Shown piece after piece: positions 63,004 to 64,000 of a stretch of DNA of 64,000 bases. Source of the stretch: Azolla caroliniana (Eukaryota; Plantae; Polypodiophyta); the NCBI GenBank assembly GCA_043228905.1, contig JBHGNT010000018.1:4278001-4342000 (forward strand), read 5' to 3'. Under the pieces are notes generated by a model, which made no database searches, was not told where the DNA came from, and saw nothing but the letters and a program-made list of their open reading frames with translations. The translations under genes and the position numbers were made by a program. Position 1 is the stretch's first letter. Each line of letters starts with the position of its first letter.

Positions 63004-63489
63004 CTCGTGGTCTTAAGGGGGGGATAGTGTTATGATATGGCAAGACTCGAACCCATAACCTTATGTTATATGGGTCGAGCTCTTGATCATTACATTATCT
63101 ATTGTAATACGTAGGATATTATTTTCATTTAAGTTTTACTATAGAAAATTATCTTATTTTCCAGATTTCTCTAGAACATTCTACAAACTTCAGGACTATT
63201 CCTGAGAACACTATAAAAAGAGGCACAAGGCATTATTTCAAACCAAATTGGTTCAACGCCAGTCTTAAGCCTCATAGTTATTTTTTACTTACTCTACACA
63301 TAATATATCATCTGTTATCATCATCCTCTCTCTCTCTCTCTTGTGAGTCTTACGCAGTCCATCCTCTTAGTACTAATAGTACTTACCTTCTCTAGTACTA
63401 ATTCTGTCTCTGTTTTAGTACTATTCCTGATAGGTGTCTGATCTGACGATGATCTATTGCGACAACGTCAATAGCATCCAGTTGGAAAA

Positions 63490-64000
63490 TGTTGAGCGGC
63501 AAGCTCAACCGGATTCGGATCGGCTGAATAAGCCTGAGTTGGATCGACATCCAGAAGGATGAAGCCGGATCGGTGAGACGGATCGGACGGATCGGCGAGC
63601 CGGTGAGCAAGTCAGCCGGTGAGCCGGGGAGCCGGTTAGCTGGAACAAACAGTAACCAGAAGCCTAGTAGTCGCCTAGACTACTAGGTAGTTAATAGTCT
63701 CGTAGTTAGTGTCAGACGCTCGAGTGAGCCTTGAAGTACACAGTACTTTTGTTAGTTCCATGAGGACTTGTATAAATAGTGCTATTGAGCACGTTGTATG
63801 TACAGAGTGTTGATATAATTTTTGAATTTAGATTCTTGTTCTGCTCTCTCTGTCTCTCCCAAGGACTCTCTGTATTCTGTGTATTATTCTCTCTCTCTCT
63901 CTCTATTGCTACGCAGCCAAGCTGTTGTCTTACGCTTCCACACATACGTTTTCACATGGTATTAGAGCGTGAGGGTTGAAGAACTCTGCAACAGACATTT
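63490..64000 (+). mobile_element. Copia-6: 5' LTR and PBS of another Copia-1-family element, continuing past the window
   Basis: LTR 63490-63956, similar to the Copia-1/4 LTRs, followed by TGGTATTAGAGCGTGAGGGTTG (PBS and leader as in Copia-1). No PPT precedes it. Confidence 0.85.

Larger units (their letters stand above)
57375..63432 (+). mobile_element. Chromo-1: chromoviral Ty3/Gypsy element (Tcn1/Tf1-sushi-like)
   Basis: LTRs 57375-58285 (start clipped, interrupted) and 63028-63432; PPT AAGGGGGGGATAG. Gag has FDGTRSKLRGF and CLYCGGPGHIAINC; then PR (LDSGA), RT (YLDDLL), RH, IN, and a chromodomain EYEVVAVLDS...YYLVDW..Y.PSERTWEP at ~62813-62965. Confidence 0.92.
10889..63489 (+). mobile_element. 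Copia-1: old Ty1/Copia host element, fragmented by nested insertions; 3' LTR not in window
   Basis: 5' LTR 10889-11333 (TG..CA), PBS TGGTATCAGAGC 11334-11345. Collinear gag-pol pieces at 11430-11514, 34692-37711, 56602-56636, 57075-57374 and 63433-63489 (WYVDSGASNHMT, LWHKRI, WDLV..P.G, TIT.PDL.YPVG, IYCDN). Confidence 0.85.

Noticed and set aside
63490-63956. Candidate 3' LTR of Copia-1
   Set aside because: It interrupts RNase H, has no PPT before it, and is followed by a PBS rather than the CACAT flank. It is the 5' LTR of another copy.

Overview
Plant nuclear DNA. A Tcn1-like chromovirus and the gene style suggest a non-seed plant such as a fern, but this is inference. Bases 1-6.3 kb hold a minus-strand, multi-exon ELMO/CED-12-domain gene whose long first intron contains a degenerate ~140-bp array. 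Bases 6.3-10.9 kb are microsatellite-rich and AT-rich intergenic DNA with a 308-bp tandem duplication. Everything from 10,889 to the window end is one nested LTR-retrotransposon stack: 12 insertions or solo LTRs inside a single old Copia element, up to five levels deep, most with 5-bp target-site duplications (TSDs) that can be read directly. All elements are decayed. The most unusual observation concerns two non-chromovirus Gypsy elements with dissimilar LTRs. Neither has a polypurine tract (PPT). Both instead carry a sense-strand tRNA-Arg-like 3' half ending GGCGTGCCA exactly 2 nt before the 3' LTR, directly after a 3' extra ORF with a shared C-terminus. Other oddities: TG..TA LTR termini, a tRNA-Trp primer site, a self-priming-type chromovirus, a Copia pol extension past an internal PPT, and a non-autonomous element carrying a minisatellite. 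All coordinates were read by eye. tRNA comparisons are from memory and need database confirmation.
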